In this document: one piece after another, positions 1-9,000 of the stretch
Layout of the letters: each line of letters starts with the position of its first letter
How positions within the stretch are numbered: position 1 is the first letter of the stretch
Source of the DNA: Candidatus Latescibacterota bacterium
GTDB taxonomy: Bacteria > Latescibacterota > UBA2968 > UBA8231
Assembly: GCA_965243025.1 (NCBI GenBank)
Contig: CBDETY010000003.1
Coordinates: 2,432,001-2,496,000, forward strand
DNA length: 64,000 bases
Direction: 5' to 3'
The notes under the pieces: model-generated
Seen by the model: only the letters and a program-made list of their open reading frames with translations
What the model was told of the DNA's origin: nothing
Database searches by the model: none
Made by a program: the position numbers and the translations under genes

Positions 1-1407
1 AAACTCGGGCATCCGGACCGGCTGGAGGACGCCTGGGGTTTCGGGATCAACGGGGTGTTTTCTCCGGACGGTTCCCTGCTCGCTTCGGTCGGGCTGAACG
101 GGATCGAGCTGTGGGACGCGTCGGAGTGGACGGGAGTCTCTCCTGTCGCCTCCGCGCCCGCCCACCCGGACAGTGTCGCGCTGGCTGCGCTGTACGATTC
201 CACCAACGGGGCGGGTTGGCAGGACAGGACGAACTGGCTCAGCAGCAGGCCCCTCGGCGAGTGGGAAGGCGTCTCAACCAACAGCCTCGGCCGCGTCAAC
301 GACCTGGAACTCAGTTGGAACCGGTTGAGCGGGACGATACCGGCCGAGACAGGCAACCTCACCTTCCTGTCCTCCCTGTACCTCTATGTCAACCAGTTGA
401 GCGGCTCGATTCCTCCCGAGCTGGGCAACCTGTCGAATCTGATTTACCTGGAAATCAATCACAACCGGTTGAGCGGACAGATTCCCCCGGAACTGGGGAA
501 TCTGTCCAGGCTGGAACGGTTGTGGCTGCAGAGTAACCAGTTGAACGGAGTGATCCCCTCCGAGCTCGGCGGGCTGACCAACCTCAAGAAACTGAATCTC
601 GCTGGCAACCAGTTGAACGGGGCCATACCGGTGGAATTGGGAGACCTGACGAACCTGACCAGCCTGGGGCTCTCCAACAACCGGTTGACCGGATCGATAC
701 CGGCGGAGTTGGGGAACCTGACCAACCTGACCAGCCTGGGGCTCTCCAACAACCAGCTGACCGGGGCCATACCGGCGGAACTGGAGAACCTGACCAACCT
801 GACCCACCTGTACCTGGCCGGCAACCAGTTCACCGGGTGCATCCCCGCGGGCCTGCGGGACGTGGCGACCAACGACATGGGTACGCTCGGCCTGTCCGAC
901 TGCGGCCAGGAACAAACCCGGGCTGCCACCGACTTCAACGGCGACGGCAAGACCGATTTCGTCGACTTCTTCCAGTTCATCGACGCCTTCGGCAGCACCG
1001 ACGCAAAGTTCGACCTCGACGGAAGCGGCACGGTCGATTTCGTCGACTTCTTCATGTTCGTCGATGCCTTCGGCCAGTCGGGGCAGGCCAAGCTGGTGGC
1101 CCTGGCCCAGGAGATGCTAGGGCTACCCGCCGGCCCGGAACTCCATCAGAACGCCCCCAACCCCTTCAACAGCGAGACCGTCATCTCCTGGTTCCAGCCC
1201 GACCCGGGGCCGGCGCGAGTGGAGGTGTTCGCCCTGACCGGACAGCGGCTGGCGGTTCTGCACAAGGGGCCGCTGCAGGCAGGTCGCCAGCGCGTTCACT
1301 GGGATGGCCGGGACGAAGAGGGCCGGCCCCTGGGCAGCGGCGTCTACCTGTACCGGCTGGTGACGGAAGAGGGCGCTTTGACTCGCAAGCTCACCCTGCT
1401 GCGATAG
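1..1407 (+). CDS. Secreted LRR protein with EF-hand/dockerin-like pair and FlgD-Ig (T9SS-like) C-terminal domain; 5'-partial
   Basis: Frame open from base 1; end of a WD40-like repeat (FSPDGSLLAS...LWD); about 8 plant-type 24-aa LRRs (LxxLxLxxNQLxGxIPxELGNL); DFNGDGKTDFVDFFQF/DLDGSGTVDFVDFF; QNAPNPFN...WDGRDEEGRPLGSGVYLYRL...KLTLLR. Confidence 0.85.
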   Translation, partial: KLGHPDRLEDAWGFGINGVFSPDGSLLASVGLNGIELWDASEWTGVSPVASAPAHPDSVALAALYDSTNGAGWQDRTNWLSSRPLGEWEGVSTNSLGRVNDLELSWNRLSGTIPAETGNLTFLSSLYLYVNQLSGSIPPELGNLSNLIYLEINHNRLSGQIPPELGNLSRLERLWLQSNQLNGVIPSELGGLTNLKKLNLAGNQLNGAIPVELGDLTNLTSLGLSNNRLTGSIPAELGNLTNLTSLGLSNNQLTGAIPAELENLTNLTHLYLAGNQFTGCIPAGLRDVATNDMGTLGLSDCGQEQTRAATDFNGDGKTDFVDFFQFIDAFGSTDAKFDLDGSGTVDFVDFFMFVDAFGQSGQAKLVALAQEMLGLPAGPELHQNAPNPFNSETVISWFQPDPGPARVEVFALTGQRLAVLHKGPLQAGRQRVHWDGRDEEGRPLGSGVYLYRLVTEEGALTRKLTLLR

Positions 1408-1608
1408 GGATCCAAACCCCCTGCAATCCGGTCCACCGCCGATGACTTCGGCGCAGATGGTTCGAGTTCCGGAACAGAAGGCAGCCCCACCCTTCAGTGC
1501 CGTCGGAGTAATGGGAAACTGCATGGACCAAGGGCGCCTGACCCGAGGTGCTTCTGAATGGAAGTGTTGGACCAACCCCCAGCCCCCACCAAGGAGGGGT
1601 GCAGAGTC

Positions 1609-4600
1609 ATGAAAACGCCTGCTGTGAATCACCAATTCCCTCAGCTGGTTCCAGGATTGCTGCCTTTCTGCGCAGCCTTTCTGCTCGCCGCGGGGGCAGC
1701 GGATGCCTCCACGGTTTCCTACGACAGCGACGACGACGGCCTGATCGAGATCAGCACCCTGGCGCAGTTGAACGCCATCCGCTGGGACCTGGACGGCGAC
1801 GGCGCCGCGGACAACGGTTCGAACGCATCCGCTTATACCAGAGCCTTCCCCAATCCGGCTGCGGGAATGGGCTGCGCCGCGGCCGACCACGATGGACATT
1901 CGGCCACCCCGGACGTGCCGGTCTGTACCGGGTACGAGCTGAAGGTGGACCTGGACTTCGACACCGACGGCGATGGCGACATGGATGTGGGCGACGAGTA
2001 CTGGAACAGAGGCGCGGGCTGGGAGCCCATAGGCAGTTCCGGAAACGAATTCATCGCCACCTTTGACGGCGATGGGCACACCATCACCCGCCTGTACATC
2101 GATCGCTCCTCAAGCCGGATCGGTCTGTTCGGGGTTGTCGGCGACGGCGGGCAGGTGCGGAACGTGGGAGTTCGAGAGGCCAATGTGACCGGCTCGGGCA
2201 AAGGGAGCATTGTCGGTGGGCTGGCGGGAAAGAACGCCGGCATCATCACCGGGAGCTATGTGACGGGGTCCGTGACAGGCACGGGATCGGGCAGCAGCGA
2301 AGTCGGGGGACTGGTTGGCAGGAACGCAGGCTCCAGCGGCGCCAGCCGCAGCATCGTCGCCAGCCATGCTTCGGCGTCGGTGACCGGCTCGGGCAGCCAT
2401 GGCCGGGTCGGTGGGCTGGCCGGGTACAACTACGGAAGTATCCGCGCGAGCTATGCGACCGGGGCGGTGAGGGGTACAGGCAGCAATTCGGAAGTCGGTG
2501 GACTGGTGGGGTTTCACAACGGCGGGAGCATCGCGGTCAGTTATGCGTCGGGCGCGGTCACCGGCGGGAGCCATGTCGGCGGGTTGGTGGGCAAGAACTG
2601 GGGCGGCGGCATCTGGGCCTGCTATGCGTCGGGCGCGGTGACCGGCGGTAACTACGTGGGCGGGCTGGTGGGGGAGATCCAGGGGAGCATCCGAGCGAGT
2701 TACGCGACAGGCTGGGTGACGGGGACGGGAACCTACGTCGGCGGGCTGGTGGGAAGAGACTACGACCTGGTAATCAACAACAGCTCCTCGTTCATCGGCA
2801 ATTGCTACTGGAATACCACGACCTCGGGAAAGGTGTCGAGCGCCGGAGGGGAAGGCAAGGCCACAGCGGAACTGCAGACCCCCACCGGGTACGCGGGCAT
2901 CTACGCGGAATGGAACCTGGATCTGGACAACGCGGACGGCGACCGCGATGCGACCACCGGTGGCGACGACCCCTGGGACTTCGGGACCGCGCAGCAGTAC
3001 CCGGCGCTGCGGGCGGATTTCGACGGCGACGGCACGACTACGTGGCGAGAGTTCGGAGAGCAGAGGCCGGACGCCGCCCCGCCGGACGACGCGGGTTCCC
3101 CGAATGACGCGACGCTGAAAGCGTTGGGAGTCAGTCCCGTGGACATCGAGGGTTTTGCCGCCGACGTGCGCACCTATCAAATCGGCGTGGACAACGAAGT
3201 CAGCCAAGTGACGGTTACGCCCTACCTGAATGACGAGGCGGCGACCGTCGACATCAATGGAAGTTCGGTCTCCAGCGGATCCGGTCACGCCGTCTCGCTC
3301 GCGGAAGGGCGAAACGAAATCACCATCACGGTAACCGCGCAGGACAGCACGACCACTAAAGAATACATCATTGTTGCGGGCAGAGGCTCCAACGCCCCCT
3401 TTGCCTGGAAGGTTACTGATGACTTTGGGGCGCGTCTCCCGTTTACGGAACCCTACGGTATCTGGTCAAGCGGCACGACTATGTGGGTGATGCACACATC
3501 GCTTTTTTTCAGGGATCCCGGCGAGACTTCGAAGTATACGACGCTTCAAGCATATGGAATGTCCACGAAAGAGCAAGGGGTGTCCTTCCATACTCTGAAA
3601 ACTTGGGGAAACGACGATCCCCTGGGCATTGCATCAGATGGAACAACCATGTGGGTTGCGGATCATTACGATGGCAAAATATACGCCTACCGGTTGTCCA
3701 ACTACTCAAGGAATCTGTCCAGGGAAATAAACGGTTTGGTTCTCGCAGGAATTACCAAGCCCAAAGGCATAGCCGTGGAACCCGTCCTGGGCGGGTTCTG
3801 GGTCGCCGATGATGCCGACGATAAACTATACGCCTACAATCGGCACACCCTGAGGCGAATCCCCAATGCGGATTTCAACACCCTCGCCGCCGCCGGGAAT
3901 AACAATCCGACCGGCATCTGGACAGACGGTACGACCATGTGGGTTGCTGACAGTCTCGACGCCAAGCTATACGCCTACGACAGGAGCTCCAAAGCCCGCG
4001 TTCCATCCAAAGACTTCAACACTCTGAGGGCTGCGGGTAATACAAGGCCTTGGGGCATCTGGTCTGACGGCGAGACCATGTGGGTAACCGATTGGTGGGA
4101 TAAGATATTCTCCTACAACATGCCCGACTTTTCGGACGCGACGTTGAGCATGCTGACCGTGAGTCCCGCGGGCATCGCCGGCTTCGACAGCGAAGTGACG
4201 GCCTATCACGTGGGCGTCGCCAACGACGTGACGCAGGTCTCGCTAATTCCAACCCTTACCCTGTCAGGTGGCACAATCGATCTCGACGGGAGCAGCGTCG
4301 CCAGCGGCTCCTCCCATTCGGTCTCACTGTCAGAGGGGCGAAACGACGTCACCATCACGGTAACCGCCGATGATGGCCGGACGACCGAAGTCTACACCGT
4401 AACCGTAGGACGGAGCGACACCACGGCCTACGGGTGGAACGCCGCTGAAGACTTCAACACTCTGTACTCCGCAGACAACGATTTCCCGACAGGCCTCTGG
4501 GCGGACAGCACCACGATCTGGGTTTCCGATCTGGATGGCAAACTCTACGCCTACAACAGGTCTACCAGGGCCCGTGACGCGGCGAAGGACTTCGATGCGT

Positions 4601-6006
4601 TGGGACCCGCCGGAAATACTAGCCCCCGTGGAATGTGGTCCAACGGAGTGACCATGTGGGTTGCGGACACGGATGATGACAGGATATACGCCTACAACAT
4701 CGCTACGAAATCCCATGACCGGAGCAAGGACCTCACCACCCTGAACGCGGCCGGAAACGAATATCCCACCGGCATTTGGTCCGACGGCACGACCATGTGG
4801 GTGGTGGACGCCCGGGACGAGAAGATTTACGCCTATAACCTGGCCACCAGGGCCCGTGACGCGAGCAAGGATTTCAACACCCTGAGCGCTGCTGGAAACT
4901 TCAGCCCCCAAGACATCTGGTCTGACGGCACGACCATGTGGGTGGTGGAAGACCGGGGACCCCATGCCTCAGGTGACAAGGTCTATGCATATGACATGGC
5001 GACGAAGATTCGCGAACCGGCCAAGGACTTCACCGGGTTGACGGCCGCCGGAAACAAGGAACCGTCCGGTATCTGGTCCGACGGAACGACCCTGTGGGTT
5101 GCCAACTACGAACAACGCAGCTTCACCGATGCAGGGGATCGCCTCAGGCATTACAGCGCCAAGATATATGCTTACAACATGCCGCCCAAGTCCACCGTCG
5201 GTTTCCCGGGGGCCCCCAGTATCCGGTCGGTGACCCCCGGGGAAGGCTCCCTCACCGTGACCTGGGACGCGCCATCCAGCGACGGAGGGTCCGCCATCAC
5301 CGCCTACTACCTGCGTTACACCCGCACCAGGGGTGGCGGTAATCTTCTGGGGGGCCGGGTACGTGTCTGGACTACCGACTCGGGAGCCCTGAGGTACGAA
5401 CTGACCGGCCTGGCTGAAGGCACCCAGTGGGATCTGGAGGTGCAGGCGGTCAACAGCCGAGGCGAGGGCCCTTGGTCCGCCGCCCTCAGCGGAACTCCGA
5501 CACAAGCAACACAGGCGAAAGCAGCCACCGATTTCAACGAGGACGGCAAGACCGATTTCGTCGACTTCTTCCAGTTCATCGACGCCTTCGGCAGCACCGA
5601 CCCGAAGTTCGACCTCGACGGAAGCGGCACCGTCGACTTCGTCGACTTCTTCCAGTTCGTCGATGCCTTCGACCAGCCGGGACAGGCCAAGCTGCTGGCA
5701 CTGGCCCACGAGAGGCTCGGCCTTCCTTCCGAAACCGAATTGCAGCAGAATTGGCCCAACCCCTTCAACAGCGAAACCGTAATCTCATGGTTTCTGCTGG
5801 AGCCGGGTCCAGTGCGGCTGGAGGTTTTCTCCCTGACGGGACAGCGGGTGGCGGTGCTGCAGCAGGGGCCGCTCAAGGCAGGCCGCCACCGCGTCCATTG
5901 GAACGGCCGGGACGATTCGGGCCGCCCCCTTGCCAGCGGCGTTTACCTGTACAGGCTGGCGACGGACGAGACCGTCCAGACGCGAAAACTCACACTGCTG
6001 CGGTGA
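1609..6006 (+). CDS. Large secreted mosaic protein: GLUG repeats, 2x cadherin-like beta-sandwich + beta-propeller, FN3, EF-hand pair, FlgD-Ig CTD
   Basis: AAGGAGG RBS before ATG 1609; signal peptide; VGGLVG GLUG repeats; DATLxxLxVS cadherin-like starts; WSDGTTMWV repeats; FN3 (PGAPSI...LTVTWDAP...VQAVN); same C-terminal cassette as gene 1. Confidence 0.85.
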   Translation: MKTPAVNHQFPQLVPGLLPFCAAFLLAAGAADASTVSYDSDDDGLIEISTLAQLNAIRWDLDGDGAADNGSNASAYTRAFPNPAAGMGCAAADHDGHSATPDVPVCTGYELKVDLDFDTDGDGDMDVGDEYWNRGAGWEPIGSSGNEFIATFDGDGHTITRLYIDRSSSRIGLFGVVGDGGQVRNVGVREANVTGSGKGSIVGGLAGKNAGIITGSYVTGSVTGTGSGSSEVGGLVGRNAGSSGASRSIVASHASASVTGSGSHGRVGGLAGYNYGSIRASYATGAVRGTGSNSEVGGLVGFHNGGSIAVSYASGAVTGGSHVGGLVGKNWGGGIWACYASGAVTGGNYVGGLVGEIQGSIRASYATGWVTGTGTYVGGLVGRDYDLVINNSSSFIGNCYWNTTTSGKVSSAGGEGKATAELQTPTGYAGIYAEWNLDLDNADGDRDATTGGDDPWDFGTAQQYPALRADFDGDGTTTWREFGEQRPDAAPPDDAGSPNDATLKALGVSPVDIEGFAADVRTYQIGVDNEVSQVTVTPYLNDEAATVDINGSSVSSGSGHAVSLAEGRNEITITVTAQDSTTTKEYIIVAGRGSNAPFAWKVTDDFGARLPFTEPYGIWSSGTTMWVMHTSLFFRDPGETSKYTTLQAYGMSTKEQGVSFHTLKTWGNDDPLGIASDGTTMWVADHYDGKIYAYRLSNYSRNLSREINGLVLAGITKPKGIAVEPVLGGFWVADDADDKLYAYNRHTLRRIPNADFNTLAAAGNNNPTGIWTDGTTMWVADSLDAKLYAYDRSSKARVPSKDFNTLRAAGNTRPWGIWSDGETMWVTDWWDKIFSYNMPDFSDATLSMLTVSPAGIAGFDSEVTAYHVGVANDVTQVSLIPTLTLSGGTIDLDGSSVASGSSHSVSLSEGRNDVTITVTADDGRTTEVYTVTVGRSDTTAYGWNAAEDFNTLYSADNDFPTGLWADSTTIWVSDLDGKLYAYNRSTRARDAAKDFDALGPAGNTSPRGMWSNGVTMWVADTDDDRIYAYNIATKSHDRSKDLTTLNAAGNEYPTGIWSDGTTMWVVDARDEKIYAYNLATRARDASKDFNTLSAAGNFSPQDIWSDGTTMWVVEDRGPHASGDKVYAYDMATKIREPAKDFTGLTAAGNKEPSGIWSDGTTLWVANYEQRSFTDAGDRLRHYSAKIYAYNMPPKSTVGFPGAPSIRSVTPGEGSLTVTWDAPSSDGGSAITAYYLRYTRTRGGGNLLGGRVRVWTTDSGALRYELTGLAEGTQWDLEVQAVNSRGEGPWSAALSGTPTQATQAKAATDFNEDGKTDFVDFFQFIDAFGSTDPKFDLDGSGTVDFVDFFQFVDAFDQPGQAKLLALAHERLGLPSETELQQNWPNPFNSETVISWFLLEPGPVRLEVFSLTGQRVAVLQQGPLKAGRHRVHWNGRDDSGRPLASGVYLYRLATDETVQTRKLTLLR

Positions 6007-6060
6007 TTTTTCCTGAATGCTACGGGCGATTTCCCCCCCATCTTTGTATCCTATGGTTCA

Positions 6061-6066
6061 TATAAT
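6061..6066 (+). promoter_or_regulatory. Possible sigma70 -10 box (TATAAT)
   Basis: Perfect TATAAT in an AT-rich intergenic stretch upstream of the 6157 gene; no well-spaced -35 seen. Confidence 0.35.
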
Positions 6067-6156
6067 TTTTGAATGTTGGTATTTCCGCTTTTTTTTGCGG
6101 CCTTTTCAGTGCTTCCGCTCAGAAAAGCGCTGCTCACCCTAGGAACGGAGAATGAT

Positions 6157-7191
6157 ATGCCGGGTTTTTTCCTGCTGGCCTGCTTTTCGGCTTTTTTTCT
6201 GACCTCTCGGGTTTTCTCCCAACAGGTCTCCGCTCCGGAGACCGAAAATCCCGGCCCGTCCCTGCAGGCCGTTGAGCCGCCCCCTGCCCCGGCTGCCTGC
6301 CTGGTCGGGGAACATTCCGGTTTCCCGGAAGCCGACGCGCGGACCGCCGCGCTTCTCGTGTGCGGCGAGCTGAACAAACAGGGCATAGCGGTCGGGGAGC
6401 CCGCTTTCCGTGCACCGGACTCCGGGGGTATCTACCGGTTGGGGCTGCACCGCCTGGGACAAAAGATCCTGGTGCGCCTGAGCCATGAATTCCCCGCCGG
6501 GACCGTCGTTGTCGAGCGGCAGATCCAGTTGGGAAATATCGAAGAGATGATCTCGGCCGCGCCGCGACTGGTCGATGCCCTCGTCCACCGGAAATCGCTC
6601 GCGGCCACGGTCGACATGGAGAGTGTCGTTGAACAGGAGGCACGCCGGCATCGAAAGATACCCGGTGAGTCCTTCTGGGATATCGGGCTCCTTGGAACTT
6701 TCGCTCTCATCACGGACGCTGACATGATAGGCAAACCGGGCTACAGTCTCGGCTGGTTTCACGAGACACCGTCCTATGCCGTGGGAACCGCGTTCTGGGG
6801 TGCAGGAGGAGAGGACGATGAGGGCGACAGCTTTCACTTTTTCTCCTGGGGAATCGGGGGCCGCTACTTCTTCAACAAGCAGAACTTCTCGCCCTATGTC
6901 GGCGGCGGGTTCTCCCACGTCTGGTCCGGCTATGAACAAACAACCTCGAGGTGGAATTCGAGGCGGGACAGGTGGGAAGAGGAATGGGAATCCGAAGACG
7001 GGAATGGCCTGGGGGGTTACGTCGTCGGCGGAATGGAAGCCATGCGTCTCACCAGTGTTCGCCTCAAGCTCGAATTGCGCGTGGACCGGCCGTTTTTTCA
7101 GTTGGAAACCCGGGACGTGATGCCGGTGACACTGGGTGTTTCGTTTTGCTTCCGCGGAGGTGGGGGAGGATTCGGAGGGATGTGGTTTTGA
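6157..7191 (+). CDS. Hypothetical secreted protein with C-terminal outer-membrane beta-barrel
   Basis: GGAG before ATG 6157; signal peptide; alternating strands GIGGRYFF, FSPYVGGG, LKLELRVD; terminal Phe. Confidence 0.65.
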   Translation: MPGFFLLACFSAFFLTSRVFSQQVSAPETENPGPSLQAVEPPPAPAACLVGEHSGFPEADARTAALLVCGELNKQGIAVGEPAFRAPDSGGIYRLGLHRLGQKILVRLSHEFPAGTVVVERQIQLGNIEEMISAAPRLVDALVHRKSLAATVDMESVVEQEARRHRKIPGESFWDIGLLGTFALITDADMIGKPGYSLGWFHETPSYAVGTAFWGAGGEDDEGDSFHFFSWGIGGRYFFNKQNFSPYVGGGFSHVWSGYEQTTSRWNSRRDRWEEEWESEDGNGLGGYVVGGMEAMRLTSVRLKLELRVDRPFFQLETRDVMPVTLGVSFCFRGGGGGFGGMWF

Positions 7192-7763
7192 AACCGGCTT
7201 ACCTGTCCGCAATCCTTGTCGGCTGTGCCCTTTCCCCGGAGGCGGCAGCCGAGACGCAAACGGGCCATTCGGCATCCCTTGCCCACGACCGGAACCTGCT
7301 GCTGAAGGCGACCCGTTTCGGGGCGCTGGAGCTGGCTTTCCCCAAGGCCTGCGCGGCCATGCCCGACAGCCTGCGGGAGGGGGCCGAGGATGAGGCCAAC
7401 CAGGCCAACCGGCCCGGGTTTCAATACAAAATCGAGCACTTCTGCGGGTTTGCGGAGGGGCACGCATTGGTTCTCAGCCGCATCGTCGGTCAGGAGCCGT
7501 CCGCGGACTTCGCCTACCTGGCCGGGTACCAGCCGGTGGAGCGCCGTTCCGGGGACGACTACCTCCAGGTGCGATCCATGAATTCGGGGGCGGTAGCGCT
7601 CCGGGAGTACTCCTTCGTGCGCTCGGGCTTTATCGTCAGGCAGGTGTTCGTCCAGACCCCCGCGGCAGTGTACCAGCTGGACGTACTCATCCGGAAAGCG
7701 TGGACCGGAGTCATGATCAAGACCTACGAGTCCGTGCTTTCTTCCATTCACATCGTTCCCTGA
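7188..7763 (+). CDS. Hypothetical exported protein
   Basis: TTG overlapping the upstream TGA gives signal-like MKPAYLSAILVGCAL; fills the gap in a + strand run. Confidence 0.55.
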   Translation: MKPAYLSAILVGCALSPEAAAETQTGHSASLAHDRNLLLKATRFGALELAFPKACAAMPDSLREGAEDEANQANRPGFQYKIEHFCGFAEGHALVLSRIVGQEPSADFAYLAGYQPVERRSGDDYLQVRSMNSGAVALREYSFVRSGFIVRQVFVQTPAAVYQLDVLIRKAWTGVMIKTYESVLSSIHIVP

Positions 7764-7774
7764 GGAGGGATACC

Positions 7775-8059
7775 ATGAAGAAGAAGCTGATCGCCCCGCT
7801 GCTGCTGGCCGTCCTGGTCCTGGCCGGCTGCTCCGCCCACGTGCACATGGTGGGCCAGGGTGCACAAGGGACCGAAGTGGTAGCCGCACGGCAGTTCTAC
7901 GTCATCAGCCTGGCGCCGCTCAACGAGGTGGATACGCGGGCCATGGCCGGCGGAGCCGAGGACTACACCATCAAGACAGCGGCCGGTTTCGTCGACATCG
8001 TCATCGGGGCAGTCACCGGGGGGATCATCACGTCCCGCAAGGTGGTGGTGGAAAAATAG
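7775..8059 (+). CDS. Bor/Iss-family small lipoprotein
   Basis: GAGGAGG RBS; MKKK + hydrophobic stretch + LAGC lipobox; 94 aa; C-terminal F.D...VT.GII..R.V.V pattern typical of the Bor family. Confidence 0.7.
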   Translation: MKKKLIAPLLLAVLVLAGCSAHVHMVGQGAQGTEVVAARQFYVISLAPLNEVDTRAMAGGAEDYTIKTAAGFVDIVIGAVTGGIITSRKVVVEK

Positions 8060-8078
8060 CCGGACGCTGACATCGCCT

Positions 8079-8108
8079 GCTGCCTGCCCCTCCCCCCGGG
8101 CAGGCAGC
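8079..8108. terminator. GC-rich stem-loop downstream of the Bor-like gene
   Basis: GCTGCCTGCCC / GGGCAGGCAGC perfect 11-bp stem with 8-nt loop; no immediate U-tract. Confidence 0.35.
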
Positions 8109-8145
8109 CCATACAGGCTTTTCAACGGGTGGTCAGGAGCGTGAG

Positions 8146-8967
8146 ATGGCAAAAAAGGAAAAAGGAGATCCCCCCGACTCCTCCGGCAAGGGGAAGTTGA
8201 ACCGGGTGGGTTACGAGAAGGAGCTGGCCAAGCTCCAGACAGAGCTGGCCAAGCTGCAGGAATGGATACGCCACGAGGGCCTGAAGGTCGTCGTCATCTT
8301 CGAGGGCCGCGACGCGGCCGGCAAGGGAGGCGTAATCCGGCGCATCACCGAGTCGCTCAACCCCCGCATCTGCAGGGTCGTCGCCCTCGGCACTCCGACG
8401 GAGCGGCAGAAGACGCAGTGGTATTTCCAGCGCTACGTCGAGGAACTTCCGGCGGCCGGGGAGATGGTTCTGTTCGACCGCAGCTGGTACAACCGCGCCG
8501 GCGTCGAGCGGGTGATGGGTTTCTGCACGGAAACGGAAGTGAATGAGTTCTTCCGCAGCTGTCCCGAGTTCGAGCGCATGCTGGTGCGCTCGGGAATCAT
8601 CCTGATCAAGTACTGGTTCTCGGTTTCCGAGGAGGAGCAGGGACGGCGTTTCAAGCAGCGCATCTCCGACCCGGCGCGGCGCTGGAAGCTCAGCGGCATG
8701 GACCTGGAAGCGCGCACCCACTGGGTCGACTACTCGCGGGCCAAGGACGACATGTTCCGCCATACCGACATCAAGCAGGCGCCCTGGTTCGTCGTCGACG
8801 CCAACAACAAGCGCCGGGCCCGCCTCAACTGCATCTCCCACCTGCTGGGCATGATCCCTTACAGGAACGTGCTTCCTGACAAGCTCGAGCTCCCGCCGAT
8901 GCAGCAGGATGACAGCTACGTGCGCCCCCCGGTGGATGACCAGACCTTCGTGCCCGAGGTGTACTGA
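8146..8967 (+). CDS. ppk2: Polyphosphate kinase 2
   Basis: FEGRDAAGKGG Walker A; QWYFQRY; FDRSWYNRAGVERVMGFC; WKLS. Confidence 0.95.
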   Translation: MAKKEKGDPPDSSGKGKLNRVGYEKELAKLQTELAKLQEWIRHEGLKVVVIFEGRDAAGKGGVIRRITESLNPRICRVVALGTPTERQKTQWYFQRYVEELPAAGEMVLFDRSWYNRAGVERVMGFCTETEVNEFFRSCPEFERMLVRSGIILIKYWFSVSEEEQGRRFKQRISDPARRWKLSGMDLEARTHWVDYSRAKDDMFRHTDIKQAPWFVVDANNKRRARLNCISHLLGMIPYRNVLPDKLELPPMQQDDSYVRPPVDDQTFVPEVY

Positions 8968-9000
8968 GCATCCCGTCAGATCAAGGGAGACCGATCCGCG

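Noticed and set aside
1459-1475. GGTTCGAGTTCC resembling a tRNA T-arm
   Set aside because: No acceptor stem, D-arm or anticodon arm can be folded around it.
3450-5110. Recurrent TGGTC.GACGGCACGACCATGTGG as a possible CRISPR array
   Set aside because: These are in-frame beta-propeller repeats with synonymous variation and about 150-nt spacing; no cas genes.
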